Below, piece after piece: positions 35,619 to 49,649 of a DNA stretch of 64,000 nucleotides. The stretch is from Octopus sinensis (Eukaryota). Each line of letters starts with the position of its first letter. The stretch's first letter is position 1. A model generated the notes under the pieces. It was given only the letters and a program-made list of their open reading frames with translations, ran no database searches and was not told the DNA's origin. Made by a program: the position numbers and the translations under genes. Location of the stretch: assembly GCF_006345805.1 (NCBI RefSeq), contig NC_043005.1:29202001-29266000 (forward strand), given 5' to 3'.

Positions 35619-36308
35619 CAGCAGCGGCTCGTGTATAGGCACTGCGGAACTGCAGCTCCCCCTATTTCCACTTTATATTATTGATAACATTCAATATAAT
35701 GAGTCCTTTTTTCTTTAATTCTTTCTTTATACTTGTACATTATATAATCCTTAAGCTTAATGTCAATAGCCATCCCATAGTTTATGAAAAAAATACAAAA
35801 ATCCTTGTATAGAACTGTGCGCTTCATAGTTCCAGTGACGCGGTGTTTGGCTGTTGTGCGCATGCTCACATGTCCGACATAGGAAGCTGCACGCTAGGGA
35901 GAGAGAGCACTGTCGTTCATGCAATGTCGGTGAAAGGTAGGTGTTGTTTTTTAGTCTGCGTGTGTTGTGCTTAAAAACGTGTTTATAATCTTGAATATGA
36001 TAAAGTGTAGAATTAGATTATGGTCATGCTTCCAGCTTCAGTGTTGCTGCCAAGATTTGAAAAATAGGGCAGATTCGCCCCCTTATTTTGTGATTTAGTG
36101 GGGATTTTTGAAAAACAAGGGGGAATTCGCGGCGGTGTTCAGTAAACAAATTAAACACACTACCCGGCTGTGGCAAAAACGCGAACCCATCAAGTTTATG
36201 CATAAATATTCTTTTTATATGTTTGTTTTCTTTTACACAATATTAAAACAACGGTTAAAAGTTTTATGAAGCAGCGACCCAACTAACTTTATCTACGGGC
36301 CGCCACAG
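35619..36308. mobile_element. hAT-like MITE / internally deleted element
   Basis: Imperfect TIRs CAGCAGCGGCTCGT and ACGGGCCGCCACAG; flanking 8-mers ACACTCAT and ACACTAAC match at 6 of 8 positions (decayed TSD). Confidence 0.6.
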
Positions 36309-36359
36309 ACACTAACACACATATATAGACAGGTATCCGGACATGTACGTGTGTTTGTA

Positions 36360-36473
<114 letters not shown>

Positions 36474-36504
36474 CCTACCTACCTATCTATCTATCTATCT
36501 ATCT

Positions 36505-37046
36505 ACTCTCACTTTCCTTTTCAAGTACCACTTGAAAAGGAAAGTGAGAGTAGAGAGGCAAGTTTTGTCTAGCGAATGTTTTAAAAAAAGATGGGTGAAT
36601 GTAGCAAGAATGGCACGTATGAATGACGAAGTCACCTTGAGCATAGTCCTATGAACCCAGAAATCGAAAACAGAGAGTTGCTTATTTGCAAAAAAAAAAA
36701 AAAAAAGAAATATAAAATGTGACTTCATTGACCGAGGTTACCGTGGTCTTTTCCGTAGGCTTTTCTTTCCACGGGTAAACCTCACCTGTCCTCCCCTTTA
36801 CACTTCATATTGACATTTCTGTGATAACGATCCCTATTGATCAATTTTTTTTTCCTCTCCCCCTTTTTTTTTTTTTTTTAACACCCCCTTTCTTTTGTCC
36901 TCTTTCTCTCCTTTTACGATCCCTTTTGATCGAAACTCCCCCTTCCTTTTTTTTTTTTTTTTTTTTTTTTAAACCTTCAAAAGAAAAGCTCTACCTTGTA
37001 ATTTGTTCTATCTGTGTGCAGCCCTGTGTGGCTAATAAAGAAACAT
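36505..37046 (+). mobile_element. 5'-truncated L1/Tx1-like LINE 3' end inside an (ATCT)n tract
   Basis: [37 protein letters not shown] (ends 36654), T-rich 3' UTR, AATAAA at 37034; (ATCT)n 36361-36504 and (ATCT/ACCT)n 37047-37380. Confidence 0.8.
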
Positions 37047-37124
37047 ATCTATCTATTTACCTACCTACATACCTACCTACCTACCTACCTACCTACCTAC
37101 CTACCTACCTACCTACCTACCTAC

Positions 37125-37164
<40 letters not shown>

Positions 37165-37294
37165 TTACCTACCTACCTACCTACCTACCTACCTACCTAC
37201 CTACCTACATACCTACCTACCTACCTACATACCTACCTACCTACCTACCTACCTACCTACCTATCTATCTAACTATCTATCTATCTATCCATCC

Positions 37295-37350
<56 letters not shown>

Positions 37351-38156
37351 GTCTGTCTATCCATCTATCTATCCACCTACTTACCTACATGCATATGTAT
37401 GTAAGGGTTGTGTGAGAAGAGTTATAAAGGTGGGGAGGAAACGCTGCTAGTTTATTCAATTCAACAGTCAGATGTGGCATTGTATATGGCAGGGTTCCTT
37501 CCTATATAATATGATGAAGACTTGAGAAACCTCGATTTCGATTTAACTGAGATTATCTAGACAATTCGTAGACATCAGTCTCTCATCTCTCTTATTTCTT
37601 GGATTTTAAGTTTCTGTTTAGACAGCTTTATTACAGCATGTATCGACATCTTCCCCCCCCCTCTCTCTCGCTTGCTCGCTCTTTGTCTGTCAGTCGGTCA
37701 GTCTGTCTTTCTGATCCACTCTTTACCAATTCTGATGTAACACAAAATTCAATTACATCTTCCATACTTAACTTACTTTCTCTACATTAGAAAGCTGCTT
37801 CCTGTCAGTTGTAATCACATATTTTCTCGGCTACTTCTCGCAGATGTCATTCACTTCTACACATTCACATATCTTCCATTAAAAGAGAACTTGAAAACAA
37901 TCTGAAAAGATTAAAATTATAAAAATTGGGGCACGATGTTGGTGAAAGATGAGATTTAGTTTTTCTAGTGAATAACATCAGAATATTTTATGGTGTGCTG
38001 AAAGTAGAGGCGTCTTAAGGCTTGTACATTTTGTACAGCTGCCCGGAACCTCAAGAGGTCTAGAAGCCTAATTCTCATCTATGTATATTATGGATTGTTG
38101 TCAATAAATAAAAACTAAAGGACCCACTGCATTGATTTACCTGGGGGCCAATAATA

Positions 38157-38325
38157 CAGTGACGTAGTTAAAGGAGGCGAGATGGTGGTCCATAACTGGC
38201 GACGCTTTTATGGCGGGAGGGGAGGCACTTTTGGGTTTGTTGTATAAGCCTGTGTACAGGGCGAAAGATGGGAGGTGTAAAACTCAAGGCTGCCTCTGGT
38301 GGCAGACATTCTATCTACGCCACTG
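38157..38325. mobile_element. 169-bp MITE with hAT-like TIRs
   Basis: CAGTGACGTAG ... CTACGCCACTG (10 of 11 inverted match). Confidence 0.6.
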
Positions 38326-38747
38326 TTATAATGCTGCTAAGCCGGTCCTGGTTGAAAGTCTTAAATTGTTTGCAGCAGTGCTGCAATATCCGGAAATAAA
38401 ATCGGGGATAATAATGCTCGGGTGGTCCATAGTAAAGAAAACGACGCTAGAAAGATCATCGAGAATAATTTCTTTGAAACGCAGGCGAACCTGGTTTCAC
38501 CATATCATAAAGGTTAGGTAGCGAATTCATTCTAATTAAATTATGAAGTTTTTCGACAATTCAAGTAAAGCGAACCAATGAGGAACGAAAAATGCAGACT
38601 GAGTATTTTAACAATTAAATATGTTCTTAAAAAAAAAAAAAAAGACTGCTATATAACTCCCTGCTAGTCATTTATCAAGGGGACAGACAAATCCTTCTAT
38701 ATTAAAGTTGAGTCGGTTTGGAAGTTTATAAATTTAAATCGAAGAAT

Positions 38748-39240
<493 letters not shown>

Positions 39241-39242
39241 AT

Positions 39243-39578
39243 TTCCACTTTAGGCACAAGGCCTGAAATTTGAGAGAGGGATATAGTCAATTACATCGAC
39301 CCCAGTACTTAACTGGTACTTAATTTATCGAACCCGAAAGAATGAAAGGCAAAGTCGACCTTGGTGAAATTTGAACTTAGAACGTGGCAGCAGACGAAAT
39401 ACTGCTAAGCATTTCACCCAGCGTGCTAACGTTTCTTATTTCTTTACTGCCCACAAGGGGCTACATACAAAGGAGAAAAACAAGGACAGACAAACGGATT
39501 AAGTCGAGTATATCGACCCCAATGCGGAACTGGTTCTTATTTAATTGACCCCCGAAAGGATGAAAGGCAAAGTCGGGG
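39243..39578 (-). mobile_element. SINE family B dimer
   Basis: Two units joined tail to head at 39430-39445. Confidence 0.8.
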
Positions 39579-39999
39579 AGAGGAAAGAGGGGGATCGGAA
39601 GCAGCGTTAAAGAAAGACAGTAACTATAGGAAAAAGTATAAACATAGACAAAATAAAAGAGAAATAACCAGGAAAGAGAAGAGTAAAAATCAATGAAGTG
39701 GAACTGGTGGACAGAAATGCGAGGAGCAGTGTTGGCAAATTTTGGGAAGTATGGAATTGTCGAAGGATACAGAGTGCTGACATGTGGCTAACTGTCTTAG
39801 CACAAAAATTTAGACGCTAGAAATGTCACAGTTAATGAAGAAATTAAAATTAGAAGCCGTTGAAATGGCTGTTCAGACATTCCAGACGTTTAGCAGTGTG
39901 GAGATAAATATACGTATAGGTGTAAAGACATTTGTATTAGGGCAAACACTTCACCCAGAGCACAAACACATTAGCAATAACATGCATTCATGCGTGTAT

Positions 40000-40690
40000 A
40001 TACATACATATACATTAAGACATACACACACATTTATATATACACACATATATATACGTATGTATATATACATACACACATATATATATACATGTACACA
40101 TGCATATACACATATATACATATACGCAAACAAGCATAAATACATACATATACATACATGTATACACTAACACACACATACATGCACACACATGCATAGA
40201 TACATACATATATACATACACACATGCATACACACATATACACATATATGCAAACAAGCATAAATACATACATATACATACATGTATACACTAACACACA
40301 CATATACACACATACATATATACACACATTTATACATACACACATGTATACATACATATATACCTACAGGCAAACAAGCATAAATACATACATATACATA
40401 CATGTATACATTAACATACATGCATACATACACACAGTTATACATACACATGCATACATGCATGCATGCAAACACATATATATATATATACATGCAAGCA
40501 AGCCTAAAAATCATATATATACATACATGTATACATTAACACACACACACATGCACACACGTGCATACATACACACAAGTATACATGTATGCATGCATAC
40601 ACACATATACATGCGTGCAAAAAAACCTTATAATACATATACATACATGTATACATGCATACACACATATATACACACACATACATACAT
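40000..40690. repeat. Minisatellite of about 120-124 bp built from CA/TA microsatellite
   Basis: GCAAACAAGCATAAATACATACATATACATACATGTATAC at 40126, 40250 and 40370, with degenerate units near 40494 and 40617. Confidence 0.8.
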
Positions 40691-42044
40691 ATACATACAC
40701 TTACACATTTTTTCCTCGGACGGAAATCACAGCATCATGCCTTTCAACGGAGTATATATGTTACATAAGACACATCGATATCTATTTTAATTTAATGTTG
40801 CTTCAGTTGCGTACATCGAGTTTTTATTCAGCCCGGCGGACATTCGCGATATCAGTGAATGTACTACTCATTCTTTCATATATCGAAGAGAACAGATTCC
40901 ATCTTGACATGTGTCTAGCGAGTATACATCATTGAGAAGGCCCAGTATGGCTGAAATGCATCTAGTATTCTAGATCACTGCTGGGACGATTTTTGTCATA
41001 CTGCAGTATACATTGTGCTTTTAACACAAGTTTAAGAAGAGATTTTCTCTCAGACGAAAATCACAGCATCATACCTTTCAATGGTGTATATACATTAAGT
41101 ATGATACATAGATGGCTATTTTGATATAATGCTGTTTCAGATGCGTACATAGAGTTTACACACGCGCGCACACACACACACAACAACAACACACACACAT
41201 ACACACACATACACACACACACACTCACACACACTCACACACATACGCACACATACACACACATACATACATACAAACATACATGCACACACAAACACAC
41301 AAACGCACAAATATTTTATACGTAATCGTTAGTCCGGCAATATATATTTTGTCGGTATAACGATTATGGATTAAATATTTATTTTCTCTTGGACTTATCC
41401 TTGAGAACTTTATTCTAAGAGGCCGGACATAGCTTCCTTCAAATTGTCATCCTCTATGTGTGTGTGTGTGTATATATATATATATTTGTGTGTGAGTGTA
41501 TATATAGCTTCAGCTGCTATCGTCTTTACAACCAACTATAATATTTAAACATTTCTGAAAGGAAGATGAGCTGAAAATGTTGGAATAAAATATTTACCAC
41601 AATATACAAGCTAAAGAGAAAAGTTTAAATATTCCATTACGTCATCAGACGTTCAAATCCCCTCATTAATATAGCAATGCCTTCCGCCTTCCTCTCCCTC
41701 ACTTATCTGAGAAACTATTTTGAATAAGCTTGATTCCACTCAAGGAATTTTGACATTTAATTTTTATTTCGTTTTATTCGCTACTTTCACACATTCACAT
41801 TTATATTTTGGAAAATCCCCAACATATGGCGAAGCCACCGCCAGCAGCACGTGGCGCATCGGAGTACTTACAGCCAACCCTAATCTAGCTGCCATAGCAG
41901 AATTAGTCGGGGGGATTAGGGGTAAGTTAGTGATGCGTAAGAAAGGTCCGAACTCCAACGATCGAAATTTAGTTTGAGGTCACAACCAAAAACTTGAAGA
42001 TATTTAACTCGTCGTTGTACCGTTCCCGCTAATCCGCCGCAATA

Positions 42045-42107
<63 letters not shown>

Positions 42108-42137
42108 TAATAATAATGATAATAATAATAATGGTGT

Positions 42138-42410
42138 GGAGGCGCAATGGCCCAGTGGTTAGGGCAGCGGACTCGCGGTTGTGTGTTTGTATTGAGCGAA
42201 AACACTTGTAGCTCCTCGAGGCTCCGGCAGTGGGGGAGGGGGGGCGACCCCAGTTGTACTCTTTCGCCCCAACTTTCTCCCACTCTTTCTTCCTGTTTCT
42301 TGAGTAACGCTGCGATGGACTGGCGTCCCGTCCAGCTGGGGGAAACACATATACCACAGAAACCGGGAAACCGGGCCCATGAGCCTGGCTAGGCTTGAAA
42401 AGGGCGCATA
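42138..42410 (+). mobile_element. SINE family C (box B deleted, tail type Y) in (TAA)n
   Basis: GGAGGCGCAATGGCCCAGTGGTTAGGGCAGCGGACTCGCGGT head; tail CTGCGATGGACTGGCGTCCCGTCCAG...AGAAACCGGGAAACCGGGCCC. Confidence 0.8.
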
Positions 42411-42424
42411 AATAATAATAAATA

Positions 42425-42955
42425 CCCTGATGCAGTGCCAGGCAGTGGCTTTCATGGCTTCTCATCTTAACTGGTTGGAAGTGATATCATGTATATAGTT
42501 TTGTCTTGGTATAAAAGATGGCTACAGCAAATATTCTACTCAATACCACAGATTTGCTTGTCCGTTGTTTGACCATAACCAGTTGAGCATGTCCCTTAGA
42601 TGCTGATGATATGTGTATCTCTGATGATGAGCAGAAGTAGTGGGGGAGCATCATAGCCATGTGTTGAGAGGGATTTTTGGGGTTTGGATAATTCGCCTTT
42701 GAAAACATGGATTCATCATCCTTAAACAACCCTTTTGAGCGGGATGGGCTACTTGACCTGAAGAAAATTCTAACTAGGCCCCACTTGCAAGGTCATGCTC
42801 TGTTTATATTGATATGAGATCACAATGTCACGCACATATGGTTGTGATGCATGTGCCTGGGCCACCCTCATCAGACGGGTAGTCATGATGGGTATACTGG
42901 GCTTCGTATATTTTACCCCACTGTCACTTTGATGGCATGCACTGCTCTCTCATTC
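42425..42955 (+). mobile_element. Unclassified (TAA)n-associated element D, copy 1 (full length)
   Basis: CCCTGATGCAGT...GCACTGCTCTCTCATTC(AAT)n; four homologous copies in the window; strand inferred from the truncation pattern. Confidence 0.75.
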
Positions 42956-43053
42956 AATAATAATAATATAATATAATAATAATAATAATATAATAATAAT
43001 AATAATAATAATAATATAATAATAATAATAATAATAATAACAATAACAATAAT

Positions 43054-43486
43054 AATACCACAGATTTGCTTGTCAGTTGTTTGACCTTAACCAGTTGAGC
43101 ATGTCCCTTAGTGGCTGACGATATGTGCATCTCTGATCACGAGCAGAAGTAGTGGGGGAGCATCATAGCCATGTGTTGAGAGGGATTCTTTGGGGTTTGA
43201 ATAGTTCACCTCTGGAAACATGGGTGGTTCTTTCAACATCCTTAAACAACCCTTATTCAGGGACCGTTTGAGCGGGATGGGCTACTCAACCTGAAGAAAA
43301 TTCTAACTGGGCCCCACCTGCAAGGTCATGTGCTGTTTATCTTGATATGAGATCACCATGTCGCGCACATATGGTGTGATGCATGTGCCTGGTGTACCTT
43401 TATCAGACGGGTAGTCATGATGGGTATATGGGCTTCGTATATTTTACCCCAGTGTCACTTTGATGGCATGAACTGCTCTCTCACTC
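43054..43486 (+). mobile_element. Element D copy 2 (left-truncated)
   Basis: Begins at AATACCACAGATTTGC, intact right end followed by (AAT)n. Confidence 0.75.
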
Positions 43487-43533
<47 letters not shown>

Positions 43534-43859
43534 TAATAATAATAATTATTATTATTATTTTGCTAAGATTTTGAGACTGGTACTTGGATGTTGAATGTCT
43601 CCCACGATAATTAAGAATCAAGAATGAAAGGTTATAATGTGAGGAAAGAGACCCTGTGAGACCTCTGAAAGCAGACTGCTGTCCGCTCTCACAGAATCTA
43701 CCAGAACAAACAAGACCGAAAGTTCTGAGAAGTAAAACAATAAGAATAATAATATTCTACCAAGAATAAGACCGAACCAAAATAATAACAAATTAGAAAA
43801 TTAAAAAAAAAAGACGCTCACCTTATTTTACAAATGATACTTGAAGAAATTATGAGAGC

Positions 43860-44440
43860 TTGGACAGATAAGATAATGTCGGTCTTCAAACCTTTCAGAC
43901 TTCTCACCCCACAGCCTCTTTTGCCACAGCCACTAAGCTGAGAGAATTTTTCGTCCCCTTCCTGCCACAGGAAGGCAACACATTGATCATCCACACAGAT
44001 CTAACGGACAACCGCATTCGTCCTACACGTAACAGCAGCTGCTCGACACAAGTGCACAGTTCACTAACTGATGGAAACGGAACGATGGCGTGCAAGACGT
44101 GCTTCGTTGCCCTGCACTCATCTCTGACAGGTTCGACCATGGGCGCTTCTGTGTCTCAGATATATAAAGACCTACCCATAAGAATGCCATACCAAGACTT
44201 TTGAAATTTGTCCATAGTTTCCAACCTGAAAGTCCTTTAGAAGAGTCCATTCAAACGACGTTCTTGTCAATGTCCAGTCAATTACAAGGCACCAAGTGTT
44301 GTTTGCCTGCTGACAGTCTTATCCTGTTAATATAGTGCTGTGAGTTCCTGGCAACACTCTAAATGCCAAACGATTGACCTCGGTCTGTGCTTGACCCAAG
44401 AAAACGAGCTGTGGAGAGATGTGTCGGATGAAGCCTCCCA
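43860..44440 (-). mobile_element. L1/Tx1-like zf-RVT region fragment
   Basis: MDKFQKS, CRATKHVLHAIVPFPSVSELCTCVEQLLLRVGR and LSLVAVAKEAV; homologous to 21170-20780. Confidence 0.7.
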
Positions 44441-44491
44441 ATTAGTTCATCCTCAAAGCAGCAACAGTAGCAACAACAATGATTATAATTC

Positions 44492-44692
44492 CTTCTAATT
44501 TTGGTAAATGGTTAGCAGTTTTGAGTGGAGGGGGAAAATCGATGACACCGATTCTAGCATTTGACTGGTACTTTATTTTATGAAGTCCGAAAGAATGAAA
44601 GGCAAGGGTGACCTCGGCGGAATTTGAACCCAGAACGTAGAGTCAGAAGAAATGCTGCTAAGCACTTTGTCCGATTCGCGCTAACGATTCTG
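44492..44692 (-). mobile_element. SINE family B
   Basis: Family B motifs. Confidence 0.75.
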
Positions 44693-46457
44693 GGGCAATC
44701 GCTATATAGATTGTACTCAGCCTTTACCATGAAACAGATGTTGTGCAAACCTAAGCAATTTTATATTGGCTAAATTGATACGGTTCTCTTAAGAACAACC
44801 ATGCACCTACAAGAAGTGGACGCTACGAAGAGTACTTCGTCTACTCCACTCAAAAATGAAACTAATTATTTGAAAAACTCTGAAATAAGTAGCGAAAATC
44901 TCCACAAAAAACAAAAACAAACAAACACAAATTCATTAACCTAATTCTTTTCATTAAAACGTTAACCATTCACTAAACAAAATGTCCAGTAACGATAGAG
45001 TTAAAATAAACATACATACATACACACATACTGTATTTGTATTTATGTGAAAAAATATTTATATTAACAGGATATAACATACACACACTCATACACACAC
45101 ATACACATACACACACATACACACACACACACGTAAATATGTAGAAACATCTACAAACGCTCCTATTCATACACCACAACACATTAAGATTTTGTTCACT
45201 GGGTATAGAGGGAAGTATCGAGGAAATCACGAAGGCGATCGCCACCACCGTCAGCATCCTCGCCACCACCGCTATCGTCGCTGCCCCCGCCCCCACAACA
45301 ATAACAATCTTGCCGTTTTTGAGATCAAATTCTCACTGAGGTTGTTACACACAAATTATCTCAGTTATTTAGGCATTTAATCAACTAATAGTGTGTAAAA
45401 ATAGGCCATGTCCGATCAATTATATTTCTTTGTGTTTTTAAGAAGAAAACCTTTCTGACTGGTCGCATCTCTTCACTACAATGATGAACAGAGAGAAAGG
45501 AAATAGGAAAATGTCCTCAATGGTTGGGGGTCGTTATCGATCTTACAACTTTGATGTATCGTTGTGAGAGAGCCATTCTTTGTCCTGGTTTAAATAGAGG
45601 TCGGTGTCGATTGTGTAGGCTTATAATGAAAGATGTTCCACCGACGACGACCGTCTCATTTTTTTTTATTCAAGCAAAATTGATTCTTATGTCAATTTGA
45701 ACATCCTGTTGTTCAGTGGTGCCACAACTCGCAGGTAGAAGAGTAAATGGACAATCTCTTCTCTGAGTTAGTTGAATATTCTCACAGAAATACAGCTCTT
45801 CAGATGAGCTTCTAAGCAGTTTCGGTTCAGCCAAACTCACCCACGATGTTTAGTTTGCTCTGAGGCTACGATAAATGAAACACAATTGCAACGAACCCAG
45901 GATCTCGTGGTTACGAAGTGAACTTCTTAACCATTGAACCAAGCATTTGTACACAGTAAATCAAAGCCTTATTTTCTTTTAAAACAGTAAAGTGTGTTTT
46001 GAAAGAGATTTCGTGCCTATACTCTGCAGGTCTAGAGGTCGTTTTGTTGGCGTTGCACCCTCCTATCCAATGTATGTATGAAAACATAGTTAAGAGAAAA
46101 CTGGCATATTTAAGAGTGAGCTAAAAAGATTTAAATTAATGAATTCAAATGACACTCGTAATGAAGAGAAAAGCTCTTTAAAAATATATTTTAAACTCTG
46201 GATAACAACTAAAAGGGAGGACAACTTCGAAATCCAAGTTAATTAAAAATTGCACTGTATCATACAGTTGGGTGTGAGTCTGATCTTTAGTAACTATAGT
46301 GACAACTCCGAACATGTTTCTGCCTTATTACATCACGTCAGTAAAACACGATCCTACTTGTACATACCACGCCTTAGAATGCATGTGAGCACAAATTATT
46401 TGATTGACAAAACATGCACTGATTGGGAAATTCAAAATAATCATTAGAGAATGACGA

Positions 46458-46872
46458 GGTGCAGGCATGGCTGTGTGGTAAGAATTTTGCTTACCAACCA
46501 CATGGTTTCAGATTCAGTCCCACTCCATGGCACTTTGGAGAAGTGTATTCTGTAGCAGCCCCAGGCTGACCAATATCTCGCGAGTGAATCTGGTGGACGG
46601 AAACTGTAAGAATCCCGTCGTTTATATGTGTGTGTATATGTGTGTGCATATGTGTATGTCTGTCTTTGTCTTTGTCTTCCTTTGCCGCTTGACGATTGTT
46701 GTTGGTTTGTTTACGTCCCTATAACTTAGCAGTTCGGCAAAAGAGACCAACAGAATAAGTACCAAACTTTAAAAAGTAAGAACTGGGGTCGAATTATTCT
46801 TAACTAAAAACCTTCAAGTCGATACCCCAGCATGGCCATCGGCTAACGACTAAAACAAATAAAAGATAAAAA
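46458..46872 (+). mobile_element. SINE family A, diverged full length
   Basis: AGGTGCAGGCATGGCTGTGTGGTAAG...AAACAAATAAAAGATAAAAG. Confidence 0.85.
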
Positions 46873-47435
46873 GAAAATTACCCTGTTGGCACTTTCTGCA
46901 GGAGAGGCTAGTAGCTAAGTGCAGTTGTGATAACTGATAACTGTCAAGGCATATTTTCCATTCGACACCATCACACTCACCTAATTTCTGGTAAGTAGAA
47001 AGAAGTCTATACTTCTCTGAGGAGATTAAATAACATTGAAACATCTCCGGAATTCTGCCCCTTGCCTTTGACAAAGGTTTCTCACTTTATTAAAGGTATT
47101 ATTTAAATTTTACTTTGTATTTTTCGTCTTATTGTATTATTTATGTTAGTCTCCACTTGACTATATATTCCCCAAGCAGAAGACACCCTGGGAAATTCCC
47201 ACCCAGACTCCATATGACAATGTTTGTCAATGTCTATACACTGTCTTCACAATCTCTCTTCCACTTTCTTTCTCTTCCTTTCTCCCTTCCCCTCCCTTTC
47301 TGTCAGCCTGTCTGTCTATCTGTCTATCTGTCTGTCTCTCAATCTCACTTATACATAGATGGATAATAATTGCCGTAATGGTGATTGTCACAGCACCATA
47401 ATGTTTGTCTGTCTGCATGTCTTTCTGTGTGTGTT

Positions 47436-47517
<82 letters not shown>

Positions 47518-47696
47518 CTATCGATCTGTCTGTGTCTCTGCCTTCTACCTGCCTGTCTGTCAGTCCATGTACCTGTCTGACTGTCTGTCAGTCTTGGCCA
47601 GATGACAACAACCCTAATGGTTATTGTCACAACCACACAATCTGTCAGTCTGTCTGTCTGTCTGTCCTAACTTGATGACCACCACTACGGCACTAA

Positions 47697-47925
47697 CCTT
47701 TTCCTTTACTACCCACAAGGGGCTAAACGCAGAGAGGACAAACAAGGACAGACAAGCAGATTAAGTCGATTATATCGACCCCAGTGCGTAACTGGTACCT
47801 ATTTAATCGACCCCGAAGGGATGAAAAGCAAAGTCGACCTCGGCGGAATTTGAACTCAGAACGTAACGGCAGACGAAATACCTCTAAGCATTTCGCCCGG
47901 CGTGCTAACGATTCTGCCAGCTCAC
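47697..47925 (-). mobile_element. SINE family B
   Basis: Full length; ACCACTACGGCACTAACC occurs on both sides (47680-47697 and 47927-47944), a TSD-like duplication. Confidence 0.85.
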
Positions 47926-48099
47926 CACCACTACGGCACTAACCATCAGGCCGACTGTCACACTCCCAACTACACAGCCATGACGATAATAGCAAGTCAG
48001 ATCCAGAGAGCGTTATTACTTCAACATGGCTACCAAGGAGCCATATTCCAATATTATCTTTACCCACTTTGATATTGATTGCCATTGATATGAAGTGGT

Positions 48100-48584
48100 A
48101 GCGAAGTAGAGCTGACAGTAGTAGTAGTAGTAGTGGTAGTAGTAGTAGCGGTGGTGGTGATGGCGTCGATTGTGGTGGTAGCAGTTTTAGTAAAGATGCT
48201 GGTGTTGGCGGTTGTGGTGATGATATCGGAGGTGGTGGCGGCGGCAGTATAGTGGTGGTGGTGGTGGTGGTGGTGATGGTGGTAGAGGAAGTGGTTGTTG
48301 TGATGGTGGTGGTGGTGGCGGTGGTGATGACGGTAGAGGTGGTGGTTTTGATGGAGGTATTGCTGGTGCTAACGGTGGTAGTAGTGGTGGTGGTGACAGT
48401 GTTGTTTTAGTTGTTGTTGATGGTGGCAGTATATGCTGATGTTAGTGGTTGTGGTGATGATGATGATGATGCTGCTGGTGGGATGGTTGTGGTGACGGTT
48501 GCAGTGGTGGTGATGGTGGTGGCTGGGTAGTACTTGTGATTATAGAGGCGGTGATTGTTGTTACTGTGGTGATGGTGGAACTTC

Positions 48585-48628
<44 letters not shown>

Positions 48629-48965
48629 CAAGTAGTAGTGGTGGTGATGGTGGTGGTAGTAGTGATGGTAGATATGATGACGGTAGCGTGTGATGGTGAT
48701 ATAGTTTAAACTGTGACAGTAACCATGGTTACAGCGCAGAAAATCTTTAGTAGCAATGGTGGTGGTGGTGGGGATGTATTTATGTTTGTGGAATGCTGTG
48801 GTGGTGTGATGGGGATGGCGTTCGTGGTGGTAGAAGTGGTTGTAGTGGTAGTTGTATTGGTGGTGGTGGTGTAAGTATATCATGGTAGTGGTAAGGGTAG
48901 CAGCACAATGGTGGTGGTGGTGGTGGTGGAGGTGGTTGTTGTGATGGTTTTGGCAGTGGTGGCGG
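48100..48965. repeat. (GGT/AGT/GAT)n low-complexity mosaic
   Basis: Directly visible. Confidence 0.9.
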
Positions 48966-49144
48966 TAATAGGGATGATGGTTAGGGTGACCGTGTTGGCG
49001 ATGGAGGAGTTTTCAGTTTTTCCAACAAGATTTTCAAATGAAGACAACACGAACGCACACAAAGCAAACATGCACATACTCACACATACATATATGCATC
49101 CATACACGCACACATGTATACACACGTAAACACACACACGCACG

Positions 49145-49190
<46 letters not shown>

Positions 49191-49649
49191 AATTAAAGTC
49201 TATACCAAAAGTATATGAAGAACCTTGACCCACACAATATAAAGGGATGGAGTTTGGTCAGAGTTGATGTTCCTACAAGAGTGTAAAACGAGGACGAATT
49301 TCAAGTCCATCTGGCAACATCTCTGTCAATGGTTTGACAATTTCTCTAATAATTGATTGGAATGCTTCAGGTAGCTAAAGATAGAGGGAAATATATGCTA
49401 TAATGGCGTTTGCAAACGGAGAATATAACGCCCAGATTAAAAAAAATTTAGGGTTCTGAAAAATCTCGATAGATCAATGGTTCAAAGTGTGTTTGAGGTA
49501 TTAGCACTTATAGCTACATGAGATCCGGCCATGAATGGTTTCCGATCAATAGTGATGTTAACCGTCTCTAACTAAAACGGAAATAAAGAGGAAAAAGTTT
49601 ACGATCGATTCAAACAGTATTTGAATGTCGCATCCCTTCGATAACATTT

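Noticed and set aside
42138-42180. tRNA-like sequences at SINE heads (also families A, B and E)
   Set aside because: They are SINE promoters without a complete cloverleaf or acceptor stem, so no true tRNA gene is called.
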